Made by a program: the position numbers and the translations under genes. Of a stretch of DNA of 64,000 bases, positions 1 to 9,386 are shown in pieces (the first letter of the stretch is position 1; each line of letters starts with the position of its first letter). Below the pieces are notes generated by a model, which ran no database searches, was not told the origin of the DNA, and was given only the letters and a program-made list of their open reading frames with translations. Origin of the DNA: a virus; IMG/VR virus record IMGVR_UViG_3300031576_000028, positions 1-64,000 of that record; one strand, 5' to 3'.

Positions 1-108
<108 letters not shown>

Positions 109-140
109 AACCAAACACCACAACCAAGGAGAAGAGACCA

Positions 141-1019
141 ATGCAGAACATGAAGAAGATCGAGGACAGGGAGCTCGTGATGGTGAGCGAGGGCGACGAC
201 TCGGCGGGGGCCACCGTGTGGTGGCGGCTCCGCGGGGACTGCGACCGCCTGGCTCTGGTCGCGGCGCTGAGCGTTCGCAACCTGGAGAGCCGCGGCCCGG
301 TGACGCACGCCCCGGAGGTCGCGCTGCGGCGCGCGGTCGGCGTGCTCCGCGGCAAGCGTCGGCTGATCCGCCCGCTGAGGCGCGGGTCGTGGGCCGTGGT
401 CGAGGAGCAGCTCAACCCCACGGCCGACGCCCTCAAGCACTGGACCGGCCCGACCGTGTCGCTCGACGTGATCGGCCGCGCCGTGCTCAAGAACGCGAGC
501 GCCGAGGAGGCGACGCAGGTCCGGGAGGCCTACGAGTACCACCTGGACGCGCTCACGACCGAGGACGTCAGCTCCTGGCTGATCGACCAGGTCGAGCACT
601 GCGGCGCGGTCGGGCTCCGCGAGGGCGGGGGGATCTACTACCTGCCGCCGGCGGCGATGCCGCTGTGGAACCTGCTGGTCGAGGCGCTCGGGCAGGCCGC
701 GCCCAAGCACACCGTCTACAAGGTCCCGACTGTCCGCATGACCAGCGACGGCGCGAGGGCGATCATGGACTCGCTCCAGGCCGAGGCCGATGCCGAGGTG
801 CAGAGGATCGACCGCGAGCTGTCGACCGGCAAGCTCGGGGTCAGCGCGCTGGAGACTCGCGCGTCCGACGCCCAGGACCTGCTGGAGAAGGTCGGGCGGT
901 ACGAGCGTCTGCTCGACACGCGCCTCGAGGCCCTGCGCGGGACGATCGCGGCGCTCCAGACGGACGTGGCGACCGCCAAGCTCGCGGCCGAGGCGGCGGC
1001 CGAGGAGAAGGCGTCGTGA
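141..1019 (+). CDS. Hypothetical phage protein with C-terminal coiled coil (possibly DUF3150/DUF6744-like)
   Basis: AAGGAG RBS at 126-131, strong GC3 bias, GTGA overlap with the next gene; family is a guess. Confidence 0.75.
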   Translation: MQNMKKIEDRELVMVSEGDDSAGATVWWRLRGDCDRLALVAALSVRNLESRGPVTHAPEVALRRAVGVLRGKRRLIRPLRRGSWAVVEEQLNPTADALKHWTGPTVSLDVIGRAVLKNASAEEATQVREAYEYHLDALTTEDVSSWLIDQVEHCGAVGLREGGGIYYLPPAAMPLWNLLVEALGQAAPKHTVYKVPTVRMTSDGARAIMDSLQAEADAEVQRIDRELSTGKLGVSALETRASDAQDLLEKVGRYERLLDTRLEALRGTIAALQTDVATAKLAAEAAAEEKAS

Positions 1020-1414
1020 ACCAGACGAGGAGGATCGTCACCCTGGGGGACCTGCAGGAGTGCCTGCGGCAGTTCCCCCCGAACACCACGCTCCGCGTGA
1101 CCGCGAACGAGAACGGCCACGTGGGGCTGCTCGTCAGCCCTGTCGACGACGGTCAGGAGGTCGTGGACGCGCGCACCGCGTACGAGACCTACTGCGAGGC
1201 GCTCACGCTGGATGACCTGGTGAACGCCATCGTGGTCGACCACGTGGCTTCGATCCTGAAGCGCCAGGACGTGGGCGGCGTCAACGCTCACGTTGGGTCT
1301 CGGAACGGCAGGGGCTGGTGGACCGAGTGCCTCGGGTGCTCCGACTGCCGGCCCGAGGAGTACCACCCGCAGGACGACACCGGCGCGCAGAGGGGGCCAC
1401 ATGGCAACGGATAA
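1016..1414 (+). CDS. Hypothetical protein with C-terminal CxxCxxC
   Basis: GTG start overlaps the previous TGA; corresponds to the 3' part of ORF 218..1414. Confidence 0.7.
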   Translation: MNQTRRIVTLGDLQECLRQFPPNTTLRVTANENGHVGLLVSPVDDGQEVVDARTAYETYCEALTLDDLVNAIVVDHVASILKRQDVGGVNAHVGSRNGRGWWTECLGCSDCRPEEYHPQDDTGAQRGPHGNG

Positions 1415-1793
1415 GATCACCGACTTCACCAAGCTGGCGCGCCGCGAGGTCCGCCTGAAGCGGAGGACGTGCAGGCACGACTGGCGCCCAAGCCGGAACG
1501 GGGTCGAGGTGTGCGCCGGCTGCGGGGACAAGTTCCCGTGCCCAGGCGACTCCTGCGAGCACCTCGACTGCATCGAGCGCGGCCACGAGCTCGGCAGGCG
1601 CCTCGGGTTCCCGCGGAGCTACTCGTGGAGCTTCCGCACGTACGCCGACGGGCACCGGGGAGGCGACGACTGCCCCGGCTGCTCCGTCGCGCCGGAGGAC
1701 CACTGGGAGTACGACGTGGACAAGGACGAGGACCCGAGCACGTGGATCACCAAGATCCCCCTGGAGCCGGCGGACCTGCGGAGGCTCGTATGA
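1401..1793 (+). CDS. Cys/His-rich putative zinc-binding protein
   Basis: ATG at 1401 after GGGGG; CRHDW..CAGC..C..C..H..C and CPGC motifs. Confidence 0.7.
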   Translation: MATDKITDFTKLARREVRLKRRTCRHDWRPSRNGVEVCAGCGDKFPCPGDSCEHLDCIERGHELGRRLGFPRSYSWSFRTYADGHRGGDDCPGCSVAPEDHWEYDVDKDEDPSTWITKIPLEPADLRRLV

Positions 1794-1996
1794 TGGATGT
1801 CAGCATCCGGCAGGTGACGACGCAGCCCGGACTCGTGTTCGTCCGCATGAACGCCAAGGCCTCGAACTGGGGGCCGCCCAGCGGATGGGACGTGATCGCC
1901 TTCGCCGACGACCTAGACGCGGCCGTGGAAAGGGCCGAGGCGGAGATCGCCGCGCTGCTGCTGTTCAAGATGGACGTGCTGGGGGTGGGCCCATGA
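1790..1996 (+). CDS. Hypothetical protein
   Basis: ATGA overlaps at both ends; GGAGG upstream. Confidence 0.65.
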   Translation: MMDVSIRQVTTQPGLVFVRMNAKASNWGPPSGWDVIAFADDLDAAVERAEAEIAALLLFKMDVLGVGP

Positions 1997-2175
1997 GCGA
2001 GATGAACAGGACCGACACGAGGAGGTGGGCCAAGGAGGAGTTGGCCCAGGCCGTGGTCGACTGCGTCGCGGAGGTCTGCGGTCGCATCGACACCGACGTG
2101 GACGAGGAGTGCGCCATCAAGGCCCAGGCCAGGCGCGTCCTGAAGTTCCTGGGGGACGGGAGCGTGCTCCCGTGA
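1993..2175 (+). CDS. Hypothetical protein
   Basis: ATGA/GTGA coupling, GC3 bias. Confidence 0.6.
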   Translation: MSEMNRTDTRRWAKEELAQAVVDCVAEVCGRIDTDVDEECAIKAQARRVLKFLGDGSVLP

Positions 2176-2921
2176 GGTGCAAAGATGGGGGCTTCGTGTT
2201 CTACGGGCGTGACGGCCACGAGTGGCTCCGCGTCCAGAACAGCGACGCGGAGGCTCCCGCACTCACCAAAGGCGCGAGCCTCGAGATCGATCGCGCGGTG
2301 TCGCAGATGGGCGCAGCCATGCCGGCGGCGCCGGAGCGAATCTTCGGTTTCGTGAACGAGCACGAGGAGGACGTCGACGCGGAGGAGGTGCTCCGCATCG
2401 CGAAGGCCGTGGCCCAGCGCTACGCGAACAGGTGCTGGTGGGCCGACGTCGGCGACATGGTCCAGGAGGCCACCGTCGCGATCATCGTGGCCAGGCGAAC
2501 GTGGGATCCGCAGGTGGGCGTGCCGTTCGACGGCTACGCCGCCCGCGCGGCCGCGCTCCGCGTGAAGGACTGGCTGTGGCGCGAGTCGAGCCCGGTCACC
2601 GGCGGGCTGCACGACCCGCGCAAGAACGTGGCGGGCGTCCACGCCGCGGAGCTGAAGGACGACGTCGCGCCGCAGCCGGCGCGGGACCCCGGAGAGGCCC
2701 TGGACGAGATCGACTGGCGGCTCCGCGTGCGACGCCGGCTGCGGGCGCTCGCCGGGAGGACCCGGGACGGGGACCTGGCGGCCGAGGTGCTGGTGCGCGG
2801 CCGCCCGCCGGCGGACGTGATCCGGGAGACCGGCGCGGACGTCTACGGCGCCGTGCACCTGGTCCGCCGCAAGGTCGGGTCTGACGCTAGGATGTACGCG
2901 CTCTGGAGGAGGAAGAGGTGA
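2172..2921 (+). CDS. Phage-encoded sigma-70 family RNA polymerase sigma factor (region-2-like; start uncertain)
   Basis: IAKAVAQRY...DVGDMVQEATVAIIVARRTWDPQVGVPFDGYA matches the sigma region 2 pattern (DLxQEG...FDP..G..F.TYA); C-terminal HTH-like segment. Confidence 0.75.
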   Translation: MRCKDGGFVFYGRDGHEWLRVQNSDAEAPALTKGASLEIDRAVSQMGAAMPAAPERIFGFVNEHEEDVDAEEVLRIAKAVAQRYANRCWWADVGDMVQEATVAIIVARRTWDPQVGVPFDGYAARAAALRVKDWLWRESSPVTGGLHDPRKNVAGVHAAELKDDVAPQPARDPGEALDEIDWRLRVRRRLRALAGRTRDGDLAAEVLVRGRPPADVIRETGADVYGAVHLVRRKVGSDARMYALWRRKR

Positions 2922-3376
2922 GCACCAGCGCGACGCGGCCGCCCTGCTACCATAATGATAGCGTCGACCACGCGTGGGTCGTCGTTCCCTGGGAGCCGGG
3001 GATTCCAGAGCACGTCGGCTGCCGGGTTTGCTCAGAGACGCTCTCCAACCAGGAGCTCCTCGATTCGTACCTCGAGACCAGACGCATCGTGGAGTCCGGC
3101 ATCGCGGTGATCACCGGCGAGCTGGAGCAGCTCAGGGCCGACCACGCTGCGGCCGCCGGCGAGCTGCGGGTCTCGCTGGACGACATGCCGCCGGGATCCG
3201 TGGCCAGGCGGGTCGTGGTCGCCAACCGGCACCTGTCGAACGAGCGCGGCAGGTACCGCGAGCAGCGAGCGAGACTCCAGCGGGCCATCATGCTCGCGCT
3301 CCGCGCCACCAAGACCCACGACTCGGTCGGCGCGGCGGACGCGCTCGAGGAAGCCATGATCGAGGTGGACAGTTGA
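2918..3376 (+). CDS. Hypothetical protein (N-terminal C/H + CxxC, coiled coil)
   Basis: GTGA overlap, GC3 bias. Confidence 0.7.
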   Translation: MSTSATRPPCYHNDSVDHAWVVVPWEPGIPEHVGCRVCSETLSNQELLDSYLETRRIVESGIAVITGELEQLRADHAAAAGELRVSLDDMPPGSVARRVVVANRHLSNERGRYREQRARLQRAIMLALRATKTHDSVGAADALEEAMIEVDS

Positions 3377-3471
3377 TTAACAGGGGGGCGCCGGGTGTGG
3401 TGCCCGGTTCGGGGTCGGCTGCTTTCGTGGTCGCGAGTCCTTGGGCGGCCGACCCCGCCTCCCGCCTTTCC

Positions 3472-3507
3472 AGGCCCGCCGCGATCTCCGCGGCGGGCTT
3501 TTCTTTT
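3472..3507 (+). terminator. Rho-independent terminator
   Basis: AGGCCCGCCGCG-ATCTC-CGCGGCGGGCTT followed by TTCTTTT. Confidence 0.85.
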
Positions 3508-3523
3508 GACTCGGAGGTGTGAC

Positions 3524-4054
3524 GTGGCAGCAGACAGGAGCGCCGTCGGGCGCAGGAGCAGGCGCAAGGGCCAGGAGTTCGAGCTCGCAGTCCGCGATCG
3601 TCTGACGGAGGCGTTCGTCTCCCAGACCAACACCGATCCGGAGAACGGCCTGTGCGTGCGCAGATCGAGCCAGGCCGAGCGGGCCTACGAGCCCGACCTG
3701 ATCATCGAGGGCCCAGGCGTGCCGCTGTGGCTCTGCAACCTCTGGGTGGAGTGCGAGCACGCGAACGCCCCGGACCCCGGGAAGAAGATGGAGCAGGCGA
3801 AGCGGGACGCCGCGCTGGCGATCCAGCGGACGCGGCGCGACCGCGTGCCGGTGGTCGTCTGGCGCGAGACCGGCCGGCGGGTGATCTGGCTCTCCACGAC
3901 CCTGCCGATCCTGAACGAGCTGATCGGCGGCGTGTGGCCGGTCGCCAACCGAGCCAGCGACCTGCTCGTCACGGTCGAGCTGGGGTCGGCGCTGGACCTG
4001 ATGTCGATGGTGCCGGTGGCGACGCGCCAGCCCCGCCTGGAGGTAGCCCCATAG
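3524..4054 (+). CDS. Holliday junction resolvase-like PD-(D/E)XK nuclease
   Basis: SRRKGQEFE...PDL...VECE...PVVVWR motifs; GGAGG RBS 3513-3517 before GTG 3524. Confidence 0.75.
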   Translation: MAADRSAVGRRSRRKGQEFELAVRDRLTEAFVSQTNTDPENGLCVRRSSQAERAYEPDLIIEGPGVPLWLCNLWVECEHANAPDPGKKMEQAKRDAALAIQRTRRDRVPVVVWRETGRRVIWLSTTLPILNELIGGVWPVANRASDLLVTVELGSALDLMSMVPVATRQPRLEVAP

Positions 4055-4358
4055 CCTCGCGCGCCAGGATGCAGTCGCGCTGCGCGGCGATCAGCGCCCG
4101 TGCATCGACCAGGTACTCCCCAATCGCGCGGACCGTGTCGGTCGTGAGCAGGATCTTTCCCGGGGAGTTGACCTCACCCCTGACGTCGACCGGGGTGGGT
4201 TCAGATGGTAGGTCGCACGGCGGCGGCTTCGGGCTCACCACGACCACCGCCGGCGGTCGCGGCTGCTGGACGCACGGCTGGCAGCTCCGGCCCGAGCAGC
4301 CTCCGGACTTCAGCGAGAACGTCATCGTCAGTGCCAGTAGCCAGCCTCTCGCGGACAT
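3969..4358 (-). CDS. o-spanin (Rz1-like lipoprotein) overlapping the i-spanin
   Basis: MSARGWLLALTMTFSLKSGG-C lipoprotein-like signal, Pro-rich body, start nested in the i-spanin in another frame, GGAGG upstream. Confidence 0.7.
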   Translation of the reverse strand: MSARGWLLALTMTFSLKSGGCSGRSCQPCVQQPRPPAVVVVSPKPPPCDLPSEPTPVDVRGEVNSPGKILLTTDTVRAIGEYLVDARALIAAQRDCILAREAMGLPPGGAGASPPAPSTSGPAPTPARP

Positions 4359-4635
4359 GCTTCGACAGCTCCTCCCGCGCGTCGCGCGCGGCCTTGGCGT
4401 ACACGGCGGCCTGGGCCCTCGCGTCCTCGAGCTCGGCGAGCGCGCGGACCTTCGCCGTCTTCTCGTCATCCCGATCACGCTCGACCGCACCGCGCTGCTT
4501 GGACTCCTCGTTCGCAAGCGCCTGGGCCTCGCCGCGGAGCGTGACCTCCGCGCGCACCCAGCGGACGGCCAGGATGAGGCCGATCGCGAGGGTGAGCGCG
4601 ACGGCCGAGACCCCGATGGTCGCGGCGGCCCCCAC
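4201..4635 (-). CDS. i-spanin (Rz-like)
   Basis: Single N-terminal TM helix followed by a long coiled coil; downstream of the holin-like gene. Confidence 0.75.
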   Translation of the reverse strand: MGAAATIGVSAVALTLAIGLILAVRWVRAEVTLRGEAQALANEESKQRGAVERDRDDEKTAKVRALAELEDARAQAAVYAKAARDAREELSKHVRERLATGTDDDVLAEVRRLLGPELPAVRPAAATAGGGRGEPEAAAVRPTI

Positions 4636-4871
4636 CTAGAGGCCCCCTAGCGCCGCGTAGCCGCACGCGCACGCCGTCGGAACGGCCTGCCCTCGTGTAA
4701 CTCGGGGCTGGGCTGTCGAGGCGCTGAGGGCCCCTGAGAACGCCCGTACGAGGACCCCCCAAAAACACGCCACCAGCGGCCCGTTCTCGAGAATGTTCAA
4801 CTGAGGGCCGGGCAGGGGCCCTCTGGTGTCGTGTCCGTTTGGACACATATAAACAAGCAGTTCCAGCACTT

Positions 4872-5405
4872 TTAGGTTGACGGGGCCGGCTCGCGCTTCT
4901 TGAAGGCCTGGAGCAGCTCGTGGACGAGCACCGCGCCGGGGCCACCCCCGGCAACGACGAGGGAGTCGAACACGGAGTTGCCGAGGGCGTAGTGGGACAG
5001 CAGGGCGATCGGCACGGCGAGCCCCATGGCGATCCACGCCATCCACCGCTTGGGCTTCGGCCCGGAGACTCGGTGGACGATCGTCAGCAGCAGCTTCAGC
5101 ATGCCGGCGATGAGACCGGCCCACAGGAGTAACTTGGCGTCCTTGTCGCCCTGCGCCTTGATCACCTCGTACTTCGCCCTCAGCTCCTTGAGCTCGTCCA
5201 CCACGCCGAGTGCGGGCGCCGAGACGACGTCGATCGCGGACCCAGACCCAGACCCAGACCCAGACCCAGAGTCGGCGTGCGCCGTACCCACGGAGTAGAG
5301 GGCCAGCAGCCCGGCCGCAATTACCGTCGTGAGCAGGGCGGTCAACGCCAAGCTGATGATCAGCGAACGCATCTGTGACTGGCGTGGGTAGGTACCGGTG
5401 GTCAT
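4872..5405 (-). CDS. Holin-like multi-pass membrane protein with (SG)n linker
   Basis: ATG 5405 overlaps the upstream TGA; 3-4 hydrophobic helices; next to the spanins; (GACCCA)n repeat about 5239-5270. Confidence 0.6.
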   Translation of the reverse strand: MTTGTYPRQSQMRSLIISLALTALLTTVIAAGLLALYSVGTAHADSGSGSGSGSGSAIDVVSAPALGVVDELKELRAKYEVIKAQGDKDAKLLLWAGLIAGMLKLLLTIVHRVSGPKPKRWMAWIAMGLAVPIALLSHYALGNSVFDSLVVAGGGPGAVLVHELLQAFKKREPAPST

Positions 5406-5776
5406 GGCTGGTCGTCCTTGGTTGGTTGGATGAGCCTGGGCGTGTCGGCCCCGAAGCGGTGATAGACGAACTTCTGAAGCTCGCGCACGTCCGACTTGAT
5501 CTCGTCGGCTTGGCGTTGGGCCCTCTCGATCCCGTTCCTTATCGTCGCATCCTCGGCGCCGAACCCGTAGAGGGTCTTCGCCACCGCGATGGCACTGCCG
5601 AGCGCGAATGCGGTGGCGGTGGCGGCGGCCCACCGCAGTAGCTTGTTGGTCTGCTGCAGCCTGTCGACCTGGATGACGAGGATGCCTATCCGGTTCTCGA
5701 GGTCCTGCAGCGGACCGACGGTTCCGTGCGCCGGCGTCGTAGGGCACAACGGGATCTCATCGCTGTGCTGGCTCAC
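5402..5776 (-). CDS. Coiled-coil/TM membrane protein of the lysis region
   Basis: GTG 5776 overlaps the upstream TGA; coiled coil-TM-coiled coil. Confidence 0.6.
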   Translation of the reverse strand: MSQHSDEIPLCPTTPAHGTVGPLQDLENRIGILVIQVDRLQQTNKLLRWAAATATAFALGSAIAVAKTLYGFGAEDATIRNGIERAQRQADEIKSDVRELQKFVYHRFGADTPRLIQPTKDDQP

Positions 5777-6174
5777 GGCGCCCTCATCCTCGGCGTGACG
5801 TTGAAGTACGAGGGCGCCACCACCTGCTGCTGGGCCGCTGCCTTCGTAGCCCACACGTCCATGATCACTCTGCCGCTGAGGTCGATCGTATCTGCGCTGG
5901 CGATCGAAAATGAGTATCGACCGACGGCGGTCGACACCTTCATCGCGAGCTTGGCTAGAACTGGGTCACCACCAAGTGTGCTGCGCATCGTGAGCTCCAG
6001 TCGATCCGCTCCAGCGAGGTCGAGGTCGACCAGCTGGCCGTCGTGGTCCACCAGGTTCAACTCGATCACCCCGTCGGTGCCGCGCGGCCAGTCGACCTGT
6101 ACGGCCGTGTTCGTCAGCACCCCGTCGGTGAGGGGGCCGTCTGCGAGCACGCCGAGGAGGGTCACGAGCGCCAT
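5773..6174 (-). CDS. Putative virion beta-sandwich protein (tail/baseplate accessory)
   Basis: Beta-rich ORF at the end of the tail module. Confidence 0.6.
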   Translation of the reverse strand: MALVTLLGVLADGPLTDGVLTNTAVQVDWPRGTDGVIELNLVDHDGQLVDLDLAGADRLELTMRSTLGGDPVLAKLAMKVSTAVGRYSFSIASADTIDLSGRVIMDVWATKAAAQQQVVAPSYFNVTPRMRAP

Positions 6175-6215
6175 TGGTCGCTACGGTAGCATGAAGGCTG
6201 GTAAGCTGAGCACCC

Positions 6216-7019
6216 TCACAACCTTGGCCACACCACCCAGCGCCACACGCCGACGCTGGACTCAACCACTCGACCTATGATTCTGGAGTTGGTCCCCGGG
6301 GCAAGCGCGGGCTGCGCCGTGTCGCTCACGTACACCGGGTCGTTGACCGCCGGGGCTCCCGCCTCGGACACCTCGACGAGACCGAGCACGCGCACGAGCA
6401 CGAGTCCGCTCGCGGCCGGCGCCGCTCCGGTCGGCGTCCCGACGACGACGCCGAGCGGCCCGCTGACGTTGACCGCGACGGTAGCAAGCGCCAGCGCCGT
6501 GACGGCGAGCCGTTCCTCACCCGGTAGGCCTGCCTTGATCAGGGCTGTCGCGTTGAACTGCACGACGTCTCCAGTGGTCGGGAAGCTGACGGCGGGATTC
6601 TTGGCGACGATGACGTTGCCGTCGGTTCCAGCGACGTTGAGCTTGCGCAGCTGGCGGTTCACCGCCGTCTTCCAGCCGCGGGCTGAGTCGACCTCGACGG
6701 TCTCCTGCGCGGCGACCTCTCGATCGTTGGTCCGGAGGTACCGGACGGCGGCTATCGCCATGTCCGAGACCTCGCTGGCCAGCGTGTCGTTGACCGTCAG
6801 CCTGAGCAGGTAGGAGCCCTCCTTCTTCGGGGTGAACGTCGGGTTCTCGATCGTCGTCGACGACAGCACGTCGGCGGTGCCCTCTGGCTGATCGAGGATC
6901 TCCCAGAAGTACGTGACCTCGCCGCCCACGTCGGCGTTCGACAGCTGAACCAGCGTGTTGATCGGCAGGTCGTCATTCGACGCGGCGACGCCGTTGATCT
7001 CGATATTGGCAGCCGGCAT
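6216..7019 (-). CDS. Virion protein with PKD/Ig-like N-terminal domain
   Basis: TYFWEILDQPEGT...NPTFTPKKEGSYLLRLTVND is PKD-like; GGGAG RBS. Confidence 0.7.
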   Translation of the reverse strand: MPAANIEINGVAASNDDLPINTLVQLSNADVGGEVTYFWEILDQPEGTADVLSSTTIENPTFTPKKEGSYLLRLTVNDTLASEVSDMAIAAVRYLRTNDREVAAQETVEVDSARGWKTAVNRQLRKLNVAGTDGNVIVAKNPAVSFPTTGDVVQFNATALIKAGLPGEERLAVTALALATVAVNVSGPLGVVVGTPTGAAPAASGLVLVRVLGLVEVSEAGAPAVNDPVYVSDTAQPALAPGTNSRIIGRVVESSVGVWRWVVWPRL

Positions 7020-7028
7020 TGAGTCTCC

Positions 7029-8123
7029 CTACGGGGGCGGTGTCCTGGTGATGTACGTGTTGCCGATGATGATCCCAGCCGCGTTTGGGTCGGCCTTCAG
7101 GTAGTACGTCTCGTTCAGCGAAGTCCTCCCGACGATCGAGTTGGGAATGGCCACCGTGTACGCCGCCCAGGCCGCCGGCGGGTTGGTGACCGTCAGGAGG
7201 GCGACATTGGTGGCCGATCCTGTGTTGTCGGTGAAGTTCACCTGGACGTCGACGTCGGCGACCCCGTTCCCGAAGATGTCCACGGTCAGACTCCGAAGGA
7301 TCGTCCCCCTCGGGTAGACCAGGGGGAGGTACCAGTCCTGGACGTCCAGTGGAAGGTGGATGCCGAGGAACGGGGTGAGCCAACCCGCGGCTCCGCCCGG
7401 CGACCACAGCGCCGGGTGGATGAGGTCCACCTGGTCGGCGACGTTCAGCGGTGAGATCGCGCTGCGAACGACGGTGTCGATATTGGCGGCGTTGATGACG
7501 ACCACGGCGGTCCCAACCGTGATGTGAACGAGCGCCAGGTAGCCGGTGTCGGTGGCCGGGGCGACGGGGACGGCCGCCACGACGCCAGACTTGTACGCGA
7601 GGGCCGTCGTGGGCACCGCCGCCGCCGCGTAGTAGGCGAGCGTACCGTCGACGTTGAAGTCGAGCGTCTTATCCACGCTCGCTGGGCTGAACGCGTTGGT
7701 TACCGGGTCCAGAAAGCTGCGAGACTGCGGGTTGTCCGTCTGGCGGTTGTACCTGACCTCGATCAGGTCGATGCGGCTGTTCACACCTGGGGCCGCCGGG
7801 ACGGCCACGGTCAGGTCGGTGGCCAGGAGGATCGGCTTATAGCGCGCGAGGTCGTCGAGCCCGACGACGGCGTCTACGGCGCTCGGCACGTCCGTAGGGG
7901 CGTCCTGGAATCCGATGCCGGCCTTCAGGAGGACGGACATCGCGACCGGACTCGAGGCCTGGACGAGGAACCCGGTGCTCAGGAACCCGTCGCGACCGCG
8001 GAGGAGGCTGAACATGGTCTCGCGCAGGGACCTGTCCAGCTGAGAGAACCCCTGGTTGATGTCGTCCGCCAGCGGTTTCTCCAGCGGGTAGATCACAGTC
8101 CTGTTGTACGGGTTATTGGCCAT
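7029..8123 (-). CDS. Tail fibre / baseplate-attached protein
   Basis: AGGAGG RBS; N-terminal RIDLIEVRY and LALVHI motifs typical of fibre anchor domains; position. Confidence 0.65.
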   Translation of the reverse strand: MANNPYNRTVIYPLEKPLADDINQGFSQLDRSLRETMFSLLRGRDGFLSTGFLVQASSPVAMSVLLKAGIGFQDAPTDVPSAVDAVVGLDDLARYKPILLATDLTVAVPAAPGVNSRIDLIEVRYNRQTDNPQSRSFLDPVTNAFSPASVDKTLDFNVDGTLAYYAAAAVPTTALAYKSGVVAAVPVAPATDTGYLALVHITVGTAVVVINAANIDTVVRSAISPLNVADQVDLIHPALWSPGGAAGWLTPFLGIHLPLDVQDWYLPLVYPRGTILRSLTVDIFGNGVADVDVQVNFTDNTGSATNVALLTVTNPPAAWAAYTVAIPNSIVGRTSLNETYYLKADPNAAGIIIGNTYITRTPPP

Positions 8124-8138
8124 TGCTTCGTTTCCTCC

Positions 8139-9386
8139 TTACGTCTCGAACTCGTCAACTTCAGCCGGGATGATGGACACGGCGACGCCGCCGCCCTTCA
8201 CGGATCGCAGGAGGTCCCAGACCTTCCGTAGGAAGGCCGCGCGGCCCTCGGAGCTGTCGTCATCCTCCCCGTTCCATACACCGGACAGGGTTGCTCCGTC
8301 TAGCACCGGGCTGCTCCACGCCGAGACGGCGCGCTCCACTGACCCCTCAGTCGCCGGGTCGTTGTAGGCCATGCCGCGATCCGCGAAGGACGGAAACACG
8401 GCAGGCACGATCACCACGAAGGCCCCGCGGTGATCCGCCTCGCTCATCCAGCGGGGGGTGAACCTGTCATCTCGTGGATCGTTGTAGGCCCACTGGGCCG
8501 CCGGGCCGAATATCGCGTTCGTCGGACCCCCGCCTGAGTGGTTCCAGCACGTCTGGTATCGACTCTCCCAGGTCTCGATGAGGTCGTACTGGAACCCCCT
8601 CGGGAGGAAGATCGCGTCGAGCTGCCGGCGGATGGCGTCCAGGCTGACCGTGTCGGGCAGCTGCCTGATGCGGGTCTTGTACGTCTCGTCGACCTCACTC
8701 GGGAGTCTCGGCAATCGCCGGTCGAGGCCGAGCTGGTCCAGTACGGCCGCCTGGCCGCCCGCGGCGTCGGCGACCTGCCTGACCTGGATGGTCGGCTCCG
8801 TGAACGGCGGGTCCTCCAGCGGGATGACCACGCGGTCGATCTCGCCGGGGAGGACCGCCCCGTCGGCGGTCGAGAACGGCCCGGCGACGTCGTACTCGGG
8901 ACCGGGCGCTACCGCCCTGACCTGCCCCTCCTTGAACAGGTCGAGCGCGCCGAACTCGACGTCCGCCACGAGATAGTACGAGCGCCCCGTCCTAGACGTC
9001 CGGCAGATCGTCCCCTCCTGTAGGGTAAACGCGCCGGCCGCCGCGCTCGCGCGCGAGAACTCCACCGTCGCTACGGAGTGGAACCCACCGTGCGAGAGCA
9101 GGATGAACGAGCTGCACTCGAAGCGGCCGATCGCGAGCGACACGCGCTCGAGGGCCTTCGCGTAGGCCTGGAACACCTCGTAGCCGGACTCCGGGTCCGC
9201 CTTGAGCGGGTCGAGGTACCACTCCGGGAACACGCGGTCGAGGACCGACAGCAGGTCGGCCTCCGTCAGGTAGTACGGGTTGCATCCCGCGACGCCGCCG
9301 CCCGGCGCCAGGTACGAGGTCGACGGGATCGCGCCCGGGGCTGGTAGACCCGGGACGCTGAGCGGCCACGAGAAGGTGAAAGGCAC
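8139..9386 (-). CDS. Baseplate wedge protein (J-like insert plus tail-protein-I-like segment)
   Basis: LDQLGLDRRLPRLPSEVDETYKTRI motif; J-like beta segment ATVEFSR...GTICRT. Confidence 0.6.
   Translation of the reverse strand: MPFTFSWPLSVPGLPAPGAIPSTSYLAPGGGVAGCNPYYLTEADLLSVLDRVFPEWYLDPLKADPESGYEVFQAYAKALERVSLAIGRFECSSFILLSHGGFHSVATVEFSRASAAAGAFTLQEGTICRTSRTGRSYYLVADVEFGALDLFKEGQVRAVAPGPEYDVAGPFSTADGAVLPGEIDRVVIPLEDPPFTEPTIQVRQVADAAGGQAAVLDQLGLDRRLPRLPSEVDETYKTRIRQLPDTVSLDAIRRQLDAIFLPRGFQYDLIETWESRYQTCWNHSGGGPTNAIFGPAAQWAYNDPRDDRFTPRWMSEADHRGAFVVIVPAVFPSFADRGMAYNDPATEGSVERAVSAWSSPVLDGATLSGVWNGEDDDSSEGRAAFLRKVWDLLRSVKGGGVAVSIIPAEVDEFET

Noticed and set aside
1049-1066. 18-bp match GACCTGCAGGAGTGCCTG with 54928-54945
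   Set aside because: Both encode DLQECL near the N-termini of small ORFs; most simply a shared motif and too short to support a mechanism
3383-3463. Possible tRNA/SRP-like gene
   Set aside because: No anticodon arm, T-loop or CCA; the GCCGGGTGTGGTG Alu-like look is probably chance; kept only as an unclassified structured RNA
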